A stretch of 64,000 nucleotides of DNA, taken from an uncultured Granulosicoccaceae bacterium (lineage in GTDB: Bacteria > Pseudomonadota > Gammaproteobacteria > CALCKW01). Of the stretch, positions 21,395 through 31,095 are shown in pieces (the stretch's first letter is position 1; every line of letters starts with the position of its first letter). The notes beneath the pieces were generated by a model. It worked only from the letters and a program-made list of their open reading frames with translations. It had not been told where the DNA came from and ran no database searches. Made by a program: the position numbers and the translations under genes. The stretch lies in NCBI GenBank assembly GCA_937965695.1, contig CALCKW010000027.1:8150-72149 (forward strand), given 5' to 3'.

Positions 21395-22558
21395 ATGCAA
21401 CACTTTGACAGCATCAACTGGCCTGAAAGCCTATCAGCTCAACGTTTTATCGCCGAGTTCTGGCAGCAGAAACCGCTCTACATTCCCAACGCCTTTCCCG
21501 GTTTTGAAAACCCGCTGCCAGCTGATGAGCTCGGCGGTTTAGCTTGTGAGCCTGAAGTAGCAAGCCGAATGTTGATCGAATCCCGTGGTGAGAAACCTTG
21601 GGAATTGCGACAAGGGCCCTTCGAGCCAGAAATTTTTGATTGGCTTGGCGAGGAAGGTTGGGCACTCATGGTAGGTGATTTGGATAAGGTACTTCCAGAC
21701 CTTCGCGGTTATCTCACCCCATTCCGGTTTATTCCTGACTGGCGGATCGATGACCTAATGGCGTCGTTTGCCCCACCGGGTGGTTCAGTGGGACCTCATT
21801 TTGATCATTACGATGTCTTCTTGTGGCAAGTTGAAGGCACACGCACTTGGCATATTGGCGCAGAGCCAGACAGCGGCTATCAGCTACTTCCCGATACGGA
21901 TGTAAAGATCATCGCCGACCCTCAATTTACTGAAACGTTTAACGTGTCCCCCGGTGATTTACTTTATCTACCACCCGGGTACGCACACCACGGAGTCGCA
22001 GAAACGGCTTGCATTACTTGGTCCGTCGGTTTTCGTGCACCCAGCGCGCCTGAGCTCGCTAACGGCTGGACAGATGAAGCAACCCAATCGTTGACCGACA
22101 GCATTCCGCTGACAGATCCCGCGTTCACCCCGCAGAACAATCCGGGAGAGATCAGCCGAGAGGCTCGAGATCGATTGCGCCAGTCAGTTGCTGAAGCGCT
22201 CACCAACAGTGATGAACGTTTTGATCGCTGGCTGGGCAAACACCTGACGGATCGCGTAGCAGATTTAAACCTAAACACCGACGTCGATGGCGCAAGTCTT
22301 ATTGCAGAACTGGTCAACGGACGTGCGGGACTAGAACGACGAGCGGATATTCGATTTGCATTTCAGCTCATTGATGATGTGTGTTATTTCTACGCGGGTG
22401 GTCAGGAGCATGCACTTCCTCAAGCTACCGCTGAAGCACTGTGCCAAGATTGGCAATGGCAACATCAGGCTCTAGCACAGTTACTAGATTTGACGGGGGC
22501 CTCCGAGATTGTTGCTGAACTGTTAAATGCAGGATTTATGGAGGTTTACGATGTCTGA
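21395..22558 (+). CDS. roxA: JmjC/cupin 2-oxoglutarate oxygenase, RoxA/YcfD family (ribosomal protein uL16 hydroxylase-like)
   Basis: FIPDWRIDDLM, GPHFDHYDVFL, PGDLLYLPPGYAHHG, SVGFRAP. Syntenic with purB. Confidence 0.88.
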   Translation: MQHFDSINWPESLSAQRFIAEFWQQKPLYIPNAFPGFENPLPADELGGLACEPEVASRMLIESRGEKPWELRQGPFEPEIFDWLGEEGWALMVGDLDKVLPDLRGYLTPFRFIPDWRIDDLMASFAPPGGSVGPHFDHYDVFLWQVEGTRTWHIGAEPDSGYQLLPDTDVKIIADPQFTETFNVSPGDLLYLPPGYAHHGVAETACITWSVGFRAPSAPELANGWTDEATQSLTDSIPLTDPAFTPQNNPGEISREARDRLRQSVAEALTNSDERFDRWLGKHLTDRVADLNLNTDVDGASLIAELVNGRAGLERRADIRFAFQLIDDVCYFYAGGQEHALPQATAEALCQDWQWQHQALAQLLDLTGASEIVAELLNAGFMEVYDV

Positions 22559-22988
22559 CCAGCCATGCACTGTTCGGCTCGCCGATTGGCGCGACACGGA
22601 GCACCAAGAAGCCCTTAGGCAAATCCGTTATCAAGTCTTTGTGGTCGAGCAGAACGTGCCAGCCGAGTTAGAGTGGACCGGCGACGACAGCGACTGCGTA
22701 CATGCCTTGGCTTATGATGCAGATGGACTAGCCGTTGGTACAGGCCGACTTGACACCGATGGACACGTTGGGCGCATGGCTGTTTTAAGCGCACAACGCG
22801 GCACGGGTACCGGCCGTGCACTGCTGCAATTTTTAGTGCAGCAAGCGCGTAAACGTGGCGACAAAGAGGTCATTCTTAACGCCCAAACCCACGCAGTAGG
22901 ATTTTATCAACGCGAAGGCTTTGAGGCCTACGGACCGGAATTTATGGACGCCGGAATCCCACATCGGGCGATGTTGAAAACGTTGTAG
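22551..22988 (+). CDS. GNAT family N-acetyltransferase (ElaA/YjcF-like)
   Basis: IRYQVFVVEQ, GRMAV..QRGTGTGRALL, LNAQTHAVGFY, DAGIPH. Start 22551 (MSDQP). Confidence 0.9.
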   Translation: MSDQPCTVRLADWRDTEHQEALRQIRYQVFVVEQNVPAELEWTGDDSDCVHALAYDADGLAVGTGRLDTDGHVGRMAVLSAQRGTGTGRALLQFLVQQARKRGDKEVILNAQTHAVGFYQREGFEAYGPEFMDAGIPHRAMLKTL

Positions 22989-23012
22989 CGACCCAACTAA
23001 TGCAATGATCAG

Positions 23013-23711
23013 TCATTGCCCGCTCAACCAATCGGGTAACAGGCTTATGGAATCGAGAACCACATCGGCTGCAGGTTTTAAGTCTGCCAACTTTGCAGGG
23101 CCTGTCAACACACCAACGGTTAAAGCGACGCCCGCGGCGACCCCACTGTGCAAATCATGCGTGCTGTCCCCCACCATCGCAAGCTCAGAAGTTGCCACGC
23201 CAACATGTTCGGCAAAAGCATGCAGCATCCCCGGTCCGGGTTTAGCACCGTATCCACTGTCATAACCGCAGACAAAGTCAAAGTGCGGCAGAACTCCTGC
23301 ACGCGATAGTTGATCACAGGCACTGGCCTCGTAATCATTGGTGCCACAGCCAACGGCAATATCCATGGCCTTTAAGCGGGCAATCAATTGCTCTAAATCG
23401 CATACGGGAACCAGCGGTAAATCTTTTAGGTAGCTCAGTCCAACAGACTCGATTTCCTTAAACCCTAATCGCGGATGTAACTCAGCCCACGCACCGATGA
23501 TTTCTTCGGTTGAGGCACTGACCACCAGAGAATCTGCACTGAATGTTTTCAGGCTAAAATTGTAGCCACCCCGTTCGGCTAGTCGATCACGCAGTGGCAA
23601 ATCCCCTTCTGCTAGATGATCGATGACGTGCTCGCACCAAATCTGCCAAGTATTCCCGTACTCAAACAAAGTGCCATCCTTGTCGAAAAGCACGCCTTTA
23701 ATTTTTTTCAC
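23013..23711 (-). CDS. HAD-family hydrolase (phosphoglycolate phosphatase-like)
   Basis: LFDKDGTL, GTND, KPGPGM, MVGDSTHD. Confidence 0.9.
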   Translation of the reverse strand: MKKIKGVLFDKDGTLFEYGNTWQIWCEHVIDHLAEGDLPLRDRLAERGGYNFSLKTFSADSLVVSASTEEIIGAWAELHPRLGFKEIESVGLSYLKDLPLVPVCDLEQLIARLKAMDIAVGCGTNDYEASACDQLSRAGVLPHFDFVCGYDSGYGAKPGPGMLHAFAEHVGVATSELAMVGDSTHDLHSGVAAGVALTVGVLTGPAKLADLKPAADVVLDSISLLPDWLSGQ

Positions 23712-23913
23712 AAAGGACTCCTAGCCAGTTTTTATTCAACGCCTATGCAATGCCTCACATGAGTCTTTAATAGCGCAATCAAGCTGCAACAATAGTGCAT
23801 GCCTATCCCATCATTTATTTCATTCTACGGGATAAGACCGCTGGAGCAGCCTAAGAATCTATCATGCCCCAAGCAGCTAAGTTCGATCAGGCATCTACAC
23901 CCACTAGCGATCA

Positions 23914-24531
23914 ATGACTGCATCGGGGCATAATGTTAAGCCACGACGCACAAGAAAACCTCACATGAGCAAAGATCGGCAGGACGACAATCAAAAAAGC
24001 TTCGCCGACGAGTTTGCCTCATTCCACGGCGATATCAGCGGAATGAAGCCTGTGCACGATGACAGGGCTCCTGTCTTTCATCGCAAACCAAAGCCTATTC
24101 CGCGTCAGTCTAAACTAGACGATAAACGGGTGATGGAAGAACTGCTTCATGGCGAGGTCGACGCCGAAGACCTTATCGGCAGCGAGCACATTAGCTATGC
24201 GCGTGCAGGTGTTCAAAATAGCGTGATGCGAAAACTGCGCAAGGGAAATTTCGCTATCCAGGCCGAGTTAGACCTACACGGATATACCGTCGAAGAAGCC
24301 CGACAAGAAACAGCCTTGTTTTTGATTGCTTGCGCTGATGATGATCTGCGCTGTGTGCGGATTATTCACGGCAAAAGTGGCCACGTGCCTGGTCAGCCGC
24401 CGCGTATTAAAAATATGTTAGCGCGTTGGCTACCCGCGCGTTCGCAGATACTCGCACTCTGCTCGGCTCGGCCCGAGGATGGTGGGACGGGCGCACTGTA
24501 CGTGTTGCTGCGAAAGTCTAACCGCGATTAA
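23914..24531 (+). CDS. Smr/MutS2 domain protein (SmrA/YdaL-like)
   Basis: LDLHG, IIHGK, GGTGALYVLL. Alternative start at 23965. Confidence 0.88.
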   Translation: MTASGHNVKPRRTRKPHMSKDRQDDNQKSFADEFASFHGDISGMKPVHDDRAPVFHRKPKPIPRQSKLDDKRVMEELLHGEVDAEDLIGSEHISYARAGVQNSVMRKLRKGNFAIQAELDLHGYTVEEARQETALFLIACADDDLRCVRIIHGKSGHVPGQPPRIKNMLARWLPARSQILALCSARPEDGGTGALYVLLRKSNRD

Positions 24532-24630
24532 GCACAACTGACTTAACAATCCTTGCCACTTAACCCAATGTCTACAATAAAAAGCCGGCTGAGACACTGC
24601 GGCAGACAACACCCATGAGATCAATATTAC

Positions 24631-26199
24631 TTACTTCTTTTGACGAAGCGATCTCCAACCACCTACCACGGAATCCAGTGCTTTTTGCAACGCTGATTTC
24701 GAACTCGTCTTTTTCGTTGCGCTGCGCTTACGCTTAGCCGTCCCATCGGCTGAGGTGGTTGCCCGGGGTTTGCGTGGCTTTTTGGGTGCATTTGGATCTA
24801 CTGGCTTTCGAGCCCTAGGTTTTAGTGCAGGCTCTTCTTCACCCAGACCAAAGCGCGCCATAACGCGGCCAAACAACCCTTTTTTTGCTGGGGCTTTCTT
24901 TGCTGTTGTTCGCTTTTTACTTGCAGCTCTGGGTTTTCGTGGCGCTGTGCGCCCTTCGGTCGCTGTCGAAGTCGCTCGACGCTTTGGCTTGGGAGCAACA
25001 ACAGGTTCGTCATCACCGAATCCGATACGCGCTAGAACGCGGCCGAACAATCCCTTTTTAACCGCGGGCTGGACCTTTGCGCGAGGTTTTCGTTTCGCTC
25101 TAGGCTTTGCTGTGATTCCGTCAGTGTTCGCGGAAGTCTTTTTTCGAGCAGCACGCTTTTTAGCAGCAGGTCGTGCTACCGCTGGTTTCGGTGTTTCTTT
25201 ACCGAGTGCTTTAGCAAGCAACACAGCAGCCTTAGCTCGCCAACCACGAACTACAGGCTCTGCTATGGGTTCCTCTTCTGCAAATTCCTCCGTTGGCACA
25301 TCAGCCACAAACTGGGATTGAGACGATTCCCCAGCGGGCATTTTTTTAGGCTTTGCGTCGGCCTTAGAAGCAACGAACTCGTGCTCGCTTTTTGCGCCAA
25401 TCTCCAAGGGCGAAGCAAGCTCTGCTGCCACAGGAGTCAGGCTTTTTTCGCCAACTAAAGATGCTGTCGCCGGTGCTTGCAACACAGCCACATCTTCGGC
25501 GCCAGTGATATCTAAAACACCTTCTGAATCATTGCTCGGGCTCTCGAATGGATACTGCTCTGCGGTAACAGTTTTGGCTTGTTCTCCAGCCTGCTCATGC
25601 TCCGTCGGGCCAATCCCGCTGCTTTCAGTCGAACCCCTTGCTACCAATACAGTTTCAGGGTGAGTCGACGCAATGTCTTTAGCGCCGTCCTGTTCCGCAA
25701 AAGCAGTTGCTTCGAGCAGCTCTTTGAGTTCCAGATCAATGGCTTGTTCTTCTAGCTCCAGATCACTGGCGGATTGCTGATGGGTCGCATCCTGTCCTGA
25801 GGCTGATTCTATTTCGCCTCTTTCAGCAAGTTGTTGCTCTTCAAGCAAAACAATCTCGGCCAGCCGTTCAGATTCTAATAAAGTCTCATCATCAAACTTG
25901 AACCCTTCTTCAGCTTCAACAGTCTCGTTGTGCAAAGTCTCTGCATTTAGAGTGCGCTGACGGGAGTCTTCTCCAGAATCGTCCTCTAGCTGGGGTGAAC
26001 CAATAAGGTGTTCCAACTCTGTTGCTGCCTGGTTTTCATCATCTGGGCCGATAGCCGTTTCAACGCCAGTTGCCGTGTCGAGCGACTCGGGTTGATGGCT
26101 TAACAAACCAGCAATTTCGATGTCATCGGATATATTTGCGAGCACAGGATCCCATCCCGACAGCGCGCTCTCGCCGCTGCGGGAATTCAATTCCTGCAA
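24631..26199 (-). CDS. Hypothetical low-complexity protein with acidic N-terminal part and Lys/Arg/Ala/Pro-rich histone-H1-like C-terminal part
   Basis: 522-aa ORF with TTG start 7 bp after the scpB stop. Contains AAKKRAARKK, AKKAPAKK and repeated KKGLFGRV.AR.G.G helices. Confidence 0.72.
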   Translation of the reverse strand: MQELNSRSGESALSGWDPVLANISDDIEIAGLLSHQPESLDTATGVETAIGPDDENQAATELEHLIGSPQLEDDSGEDSRQRTLNAETLHNETVEAEEGFKFDDETLLESERLAEIVLLEEQQLAERGEIESASGQDATHQQSASDLELEEQAIDLELKELLEATAFAEQDGAKDIASTHPETVLVARGSTESSGIGPTEHEQAGEQAKTVTAEQYPFESPSNDSEGVLDITGAEDVAVLQAPATASLVGEKSLTPVAAELASPLEIGAKSEHEFVASKADAKPKKMPAGESSQSQFVADVPTEEFAEEEPIAEPVVRGWRAKAAVLLAKALGKETPKPAVARPAAKKRAARKKTSANTDGITAKPRAKRKPRAKVQPAVKKGLFGRVLARIGFGDDEPVVAPKPKRRATSTATEGRTAPRKPRAASKKRTTAKKAPAKKGLFGRVMARFGLGEEEPALKPRARKPVDPNAPKKPRKPRATTSADGTAKRKRSATKKTSSKSALQKALDSVVGGWRSLRQKK

Positions 26200-26206
26200 A
26201 TCGGCT

Positions 26207-27391
26207 TTAGCTTTCGACGTCGGTTGAGTGTCGCCTAAGTAAGTCCGCCGGGGTTATGGATTCCCCACGCGCGGCCTCATGTTGCGAACTCTGTGATGGT
26301 GAGTTTTGTGTGCATTCGTCGGCTTCAACGGCTGCTGCCTCGGTTTCTAAGGCTGGCATATCCGCTTCGGCAGGCAGGCTTGGCACAGTTCCGGGGGTTG
26401 GGGCGCCACCTGTCGTATCTCCGCCCGCCTCAGCATCTAACATGCGAATCAGTGACTCCACATCGGCATCGATATCTTCTTGGGCCTCACCGTCACTGTG
26501 CTGGTCATCAAGTTCAGCGTCAGCGTCGTCCGTTGTCAACTGTTCCTGAGCAGCACTGGGCTTGTCCAGATGGTTAGAACCAATATCAGCGTCTTTTATC
26601 TGTTCGGATTCATCTGATATGCTTTCGATCGACATGTCGTTAGACGGCACAGCAGAAGTTTCAACGGCCTGTTCAGCTGCAACTTCGCGTTCGACGTCAT
26701 CCAGCGCCTCAGCAGATTCGGCGGTTCCATCGCTATCAGCCAATTCAGTGTCAGAAGGCTCGGCGTTTTCAGGCTGCTCATTCTCTTCACCTTCTTCGGA
26801 GTTATCGCCATCATTTGCGGCACCGCCATTGGCTTTGTCGAACTCCTCGGACGCTTTATCTAAGTCCATCAGCTCCCCCAACTCTGGCAGTTCGGAGAGG
26901 GACTTGAGGTTGAAATAGTCCAAGAATTGTTTTGTGGTGCCGTACATAGACGGACGCCCGGGCACATCGCGGTGACCCACGACTTTCACCCACTCACGTT
27001 CAAGCAAGGTGCGAATAATGTTGGAGCTGACGCTGACACCCCGCACGTCTTCGATCTCAGCGCGCGTTATCGGCTGACGATAACCGATCAGCGCTAGAGT
27101 CTCTAACAATGCGCGAGAGTAGCGCGGGGGGCGCTCTTCAAAAAGACGAGCAATCCACGGTTCCAGCGATTGGCGTACCTGCAGACGGTAGCCGCTCGAA
27201 ACGAGTTTTAACTCAATGCCCCGACCATGCAAATCTTCGCTGAGCGCGTCCAAACCCGACTGCACAAATTCTTTCGCCAACGGGGTCTCATCGTCTTCGC
27301 CCAGGAGCTGTTGCAAATGCTGCATGCTCAATGGTCTGCCAGCGGTTAACAAGGCCGCTTCAATAATATGTTTTAAAGGATGTCGATCCAC
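26207..27391 (-). CDS. scpB: SMC-Scp complex subunit ScpB with long acidic C-terminal extension
   Basis: IIEAALL, ALLETLALIGYRQPITRAEIEDVRGV, GRPSMYGTTKQFLDYFNL. Confidence 0.95.
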   Translation of the reverse strand: MDRHPLKHIIEAALLTAGRPLSMQHLQQLLGEDDETPLAKEFVQSGLDALSEDLHGRGIELKLVSSGYRLQVRQSLEPWIARLFEERPPRYSRALLETLALIGYRQPITRAEIEDVRGVSVSSNIIRTLLEREWVKVVGHRDVPGRPSMYGTTKQFLDYFNLKSLSELPELGELMDLDKASEEFDKANGGAANDGDNSEEGEENEQPENAEPSDTELADSDGTAESAEALDDVEREVAAEQAVETSAVPSNDMSIESISDESEQIKDADIGSNHLDKPSAAQEQLTTDDADAELDDQHSDGEAQEDIDADVESLIRMLDAEAGGDTTGGAPTPGTVPSLPAEADMPALETEAAAVEADECTQNSPSQSSQHEAARGESITPADLLRRHSTDVES

Positions 27392-27394
27392 AAG

Positions 27395-28387
27395 CTAACT
27401 CTCGGCCTCCAACTCAGCTTCGAGCAGGTCGGTGGAGACCAGCTCGGCTTCGGGTTCAGGTTGTGGCTGCGGCTCAAAAGGATCATCGCCACCTCCATCG
27501 TTATCGTCGTCATCTAGATCATCGTTGCCACCGCTCGGGTCATGACTGCCACGAGCACGTAGATAAATCGGCGCAAAAGGCTCCGCCTGCTGAATGTCTA
27601 CCAGAGCTTCTTTGATCAGAGTAAGAATCGCTAAAAAGCTCACCACAACACCCAAACGACCTTGTTCTGCTTTGAAGAGCGTAGAGAACTCTACGAACTC
27701 TGTAGAACTGAGCTCACTTAAGACCACACTCATGCGTTCGCGCGTCGACAAGGTCTCGCGAGAAATTTGATGGTGCGCCTGCTGGTCGACACGGCGCAGC
27801 ACATCTTGAAAGCTGAGAAGTAAATCACGCAAATCGACATCTGGCTCAGGCTTGCGCTTTTCCAAAACAGGTAACGCAGCGCTCACCAGCAGGTTATTGC
27901 GCTCAAGTCGCGGCAGCTCACTGATACCCACTGCGGCATTTTTGATTTGCTCATATTCCTGCAGTCGACGTATCAACTCAGCGCGAGGGTCATCTTCGTC
28001 TTCAATCTCCTCGGCACGGGGCAAAAGCATGCGAGATTTTATCTCAGCCAACATGGCAGCCATCAACAGGTATTCAGCCGCCAATTCCAGACGCATAAAT
28101 TCCATGACAGAGATGTATTCGATGTACTGTTTAGTGATCGCCGCGATAGGAATATCGAGGATGTCGAGATTTTGTTTTTTGATCAGGTACAACAGCAGAT
28201 CCAAGGGACCTTCAAAGGCATCAAGGAAGACTTCTAAGGCATCTGGGGGGATGTACAAGTCTTGCGGTAATTGCATTACCTGCTCACCACGAACAACCGC
28301 TATTGGCTCTTCGGGTGTCTGGTTAGGCAATGCCTCTGGTACAGGCTGCGTAGCACTCATCTGTAAATCTGCAACGGGTTTTGACAA
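27395..28387 (-). CDS. scpA: Segregation and condensation protein A (kleisin)
   Basis: FEGPLDLLLYLI, AAEYLLMAAMLAEIKSRMLLP, DPRAELIRRL, FLAILTL. Confidence 0.95.
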   Translation of the reverse strand: MSKPVADLQMSATQPVPEALPNQTPEEPIAVVRGEQVMQLPQDLYIPPDALEVFLDAFEGPLDLLLYLIKKQNLDILDIPIAAITKQYIEYISVMEFMRLELAAEYLLMAAMLAEIKSRMLLPRAEEIEDEDDPRAELIRRLQEYEQIKNAAVGISELPRLERNNLLVSAALPVLEKRKPEPDVDLRDLLLSFQDVLRRVDQQAHHQISRETLSTRERMSVVLSELSSTEFVEFSTLFKAEQGRLGVVVSFLAILTLIKEALVDIQQAEPFAPIYLRARGSHDPSGGNDDLDDDDNDGGGDDPFEPQPQPEPEAELVSTDLLEAELEAES

Positions 28388-28452
28388 GTATACGTGAAAT
28401 TTAGCTGGCGCGATGAATCGACCGGCAAAACGTCATGACGTTGACATCATCC

Positions 28453-29082
28453 TCAGGCTGCAGCAAAGGCACTGGATACGCCCTTACCCTGACGCAACAC
28501 TTCTAGAGGATTATTCTCGAAGGAAATAATAGTGGTCAGCTCGTTGCCACAAGCACCACCGTCGATGACGAGATCGACCTGGTGTTGCAGTAATTCACGC
28601 ATCACTTCGGGGTCGGTCATTGGGGCATCTTCGCCCGGCATGACCAAGGTGCTGGTCAACATTGGTTCACCGAGCTCTTCCAACAACATTTGTGTAATTG
28701 GGTGGTCAGGCACTCGCATGCCGATAGATTTGCGCTTCGGGTGTTGAAGCCGTCTAGGTACTTCAGCGGTCGCGCGCAGAATCCACGTATAGGGACCGGG
28801 GGTGTGTGCTTTGATGACTCTAAAAGTGGCATTGTCGAGCCGAGCGTAGGTAGCAATTTCCGACAAATCTCGAACCAGTAAAGTGAAAAAGTTGCCTTTG
28901 TTGTTGATGTTGCGAATTCGGGTGATTCGATCCATGGCTCGCTTGTCACCGAGATGGCAACCGATGGCGTAACAGGAGTCAGTGGGGTAAACCACGACAC
29001 CGCCATCCCGAATAATATCGACCGCACGCCTGATCAGGCGCAATTGAGGGTTTTGCGAATGGATTTCAAAAAATTGGCTCAT
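28453..29082 (-). CDS. yciO: Sua5/YciO/YrdC family protein (YciO-type)
   Basis: YPTDSCYAIGC, PGPYT, GMRVP, VIDGG. Confidence 0.9.
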   Translation of the reverse strand: MSQFFEIHSQNPQLRLIRRAVDIIRDGGVVVYPTDSCYAIGCHLGDKRAMDRITRIRNINNKGNFFTLLVRDLSEIATYARLDNATFRVIKAHTPGPYTWILRATAEVPRRLQHPKRKSIGMRVPDHPITQMLLEELGEPMLTSTLVMPGEDAPMTDPEVMRELLQHQVDLVIDGGACGNELTTIISFENNPLEVLRQGKGVSSAFAAA

Positions 29083-29305
29083 GATTGCTACACATCCTAG
29101 AGGTCACAACAGTCACCGAAAGAAGCAAAGCTCCGGACAGCGATCTATCTATAATCTCTTCGCACTTATCGGCACAGGGCGCTATTTTTACGCCAGAACG
29201 CCCCACATTACATCATTTTTTTGGGCGAATAGTGCAGTGACCATACAGTCACTGGCTTTTCGCGATAAACTCTAACCCTACTACTCACGTGCGGATTGTT
29301 AAAGA

Positions 29306-29995
29306 ATGAAGCTGCTCTACGACTTTTTTCCCATCATTTTATTTTATGCCGCCTACAAATTTTACGGAATCTACGCGGCTACAGCCGTGGCTATGGCAGC
29401 TTCAGTGGTGCAAGTAGGCGGCAATTGGCTCGTGAAGCGCAAAGTAGAAAAGATGCACCTTATATCAATGGGGTTGATCATTGTCATGGGGGGATTAACT
29501 TTGTGGCTTAAGGACAAAGCGTTCTTTATGTGGAAACCCACCATGATCAACTGGCTGTTCGCGGTTGTCTTTGTGGGTGGCACATTGATAACCGGTAAAC
29601 CGTTGGTGCAAAAGCTATTGAGCGGCTCGATAGAGCTTCCAGACCCAGTGTGGTCGCGATTAAATTGGCTTTGGGTGGGTTTTTTCATTATCAGTGGCTT
29701 TGCTAACTTAGCTTTTGTTCAGCATTACCGCGCGGCAGAAGACCAACTGCGAGCTGCCTACCCTGAGATAAGCGCCGAGCAACTGGAACGATTTGATTGC
29801 AAGAACAACTTTCCAGCTGAACATCTACAGCCCTGCGAACTAGCCGCCGAACGTGAATCCCGGTGGGCTGATTTTAAACTGTTCGGTTTACTCGGCTTAA
29901 CGGTCTTATTCATCCTCGCTCAAGCCCTCTATCTGGCGAAGCATATGCCCGAGGAAGAAGCTATTGAGGACACGTCTGAAAAAGACGAATCGTAG
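29306..29995 (+). CDS. yciB: Inner membrane protein YciB (intracellular septation protein A)
   Basis: [34 protein letters not shown]. Upstream of yciI. Confidence 0.9.
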   Translation: MKLLYDFFPIILFYAAYKFYGIYAATAVAMAASVVQVGGNWLVKRKVEKMHLISMGLIIVMGGLTLWLKDKAFFMWKPTMINWLFAVVFVGGTLITGKPLVQKLLSGSIELPDPVWSRLNWLWVGFFIISGFANLAFVQHYRAAEDQLRAAYPEISAEQLERFDCKNNFPAEHLQPCELAAERESRWADFKLFGLLGLTVLFILAQALYLAKHMPEEEAIEDTSEKDES

Positions 29996-30042
29996 CCCTT
30001 CAGCAAACAATCAATCGAATCGATATCAGGATATCCCAAACG

Positions 30043-30342
30043 ATGCTTTATTCCATAGTTGCGCAAGACGTCGAGAACAGCCTTGAAAATCGGCTCTCTG
30101 CTCGTCCTGCTCATATAGACAGGCTCAAAGAGCTCAATGCCGCAGGCAGAATTGTTCTTGCTGGCCCCATGCCGGCGATAGACAGCGAAGACCCTGGAGA
30201 AGCGGGATTTACTGGCAGCCTGATAGTGGCGGAGTTTGATTCACTGGCTGACGCGCAGGCTTGGGCTGCCGAAGACCCTTATGTTGCTGCGGGTGTCTAC
30301 GAATCGGTGGTGGTGAAACCCTACAAGAAAGTGCTGCCTTAG
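30043..30342 (+). CDS. yciI: YciI family protein
   Basis: [24 protein letters not shown]. Confidence 0.93.
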   Translation: MLYSIVAQDVENSLENRLSARPAHIDRLKELNAAGRIVLAGPMPAIDSEDPGEAGFTGSLIVAEFDSLADAQAWAAEDPYVAAGVYESVVVKPYKKVLP

Positions 30343-30412
30343 GTTCAGGTGAACTCGATGAAACTGCCAGTGTTTCAACAAATACGAACACTAAAAAAGA
30401 CGAATCTAGTCG

Positions 30413-31084
30413 ATGGCTAAGCTCTGGTTAGTCCGGCATGGGCAAGCAGGTGCTGTGGACGGTGATTACGATAAATTGTCGACACTGGGCGAACGGCAGG
30501 CTCAGTTGCTGGGAGAATATTTCAAGCAACGAGAATTGCATTTCGACGTCACTCAATCAGGGACGCTCAAACGTCAAATTTCTACGTTGAATAGCGTACT
30601 AGAGCATTGCACTAGCGCGGAGCAACTAACAAAAACAGCGGCGCTAAACGAACTGCCCTTTCAACAATTGGCCCAATGCTGGGCTGAACAGCAACAACCT
30701 CGGCTAACGGCCGCGCCATTGGCTAACGAGCTAAGCCGCGTGCTACGTAGCACCCTCACCGACTGGATTGGCAGCCAACTCTACAATGAACCCCTGAGTT
30801 GGGCGAACTATCGAAAGGATGCGGTAGATTGGCTAGAGAATTTACGTGAGCAATATCACTCGGCTGACAATCTACTCGTGATTAGCTCAGGCGGCACAAT
30901 CGGCACACTCATGGCGTCAATAGTTGAAGCGCCGGACTTGAGCATGCTGCACTTTAATTTACAACTGCGGAACACGGGTGTTTGCGAAATAGAACTCGGG
31001 CGCCGTCGATCGCACCTAATATCGTTTAACAATCTGCCCCACCTTGATTCGATCGAGGATGGTGGTCTGATGACACTTATTTAA
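30413..31084 (+). CDS. Histidine phosphatase family protein
   Basis: LVRHGQA motif, LNELP. The second His position reads ISSGG. Confidence 0.85.
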   Translation: MAKLWLVRHGQAGAVDGDYDKLSTLGERQAQLLGEYFKQRELHFDVTQSGTLKRQISTLNSVLEHCTSAEQLTKTAALNELPFQQLAQCWAEQQQPRLTAAPLANELSRVLRSTLTDWIGSQLYNEPLSWANYRKDAVDWLENLREQYHSADNLLVISSGGTIGTLMASIVEAPDLSMLHFNLQLRNTGVCEIELGRRRSHLISFNNLPHLDSIEDGGLMTLI

Positions 31085-31095
31085 GGACTTATCCC

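Noticed and set aside
24755-25321. 188-aa plus-strand ORF rich in F/A/G/R
   Set aside because: Antisense shadow of the Lys/Ala/Pro-rich region of the 24631-26199 gene.
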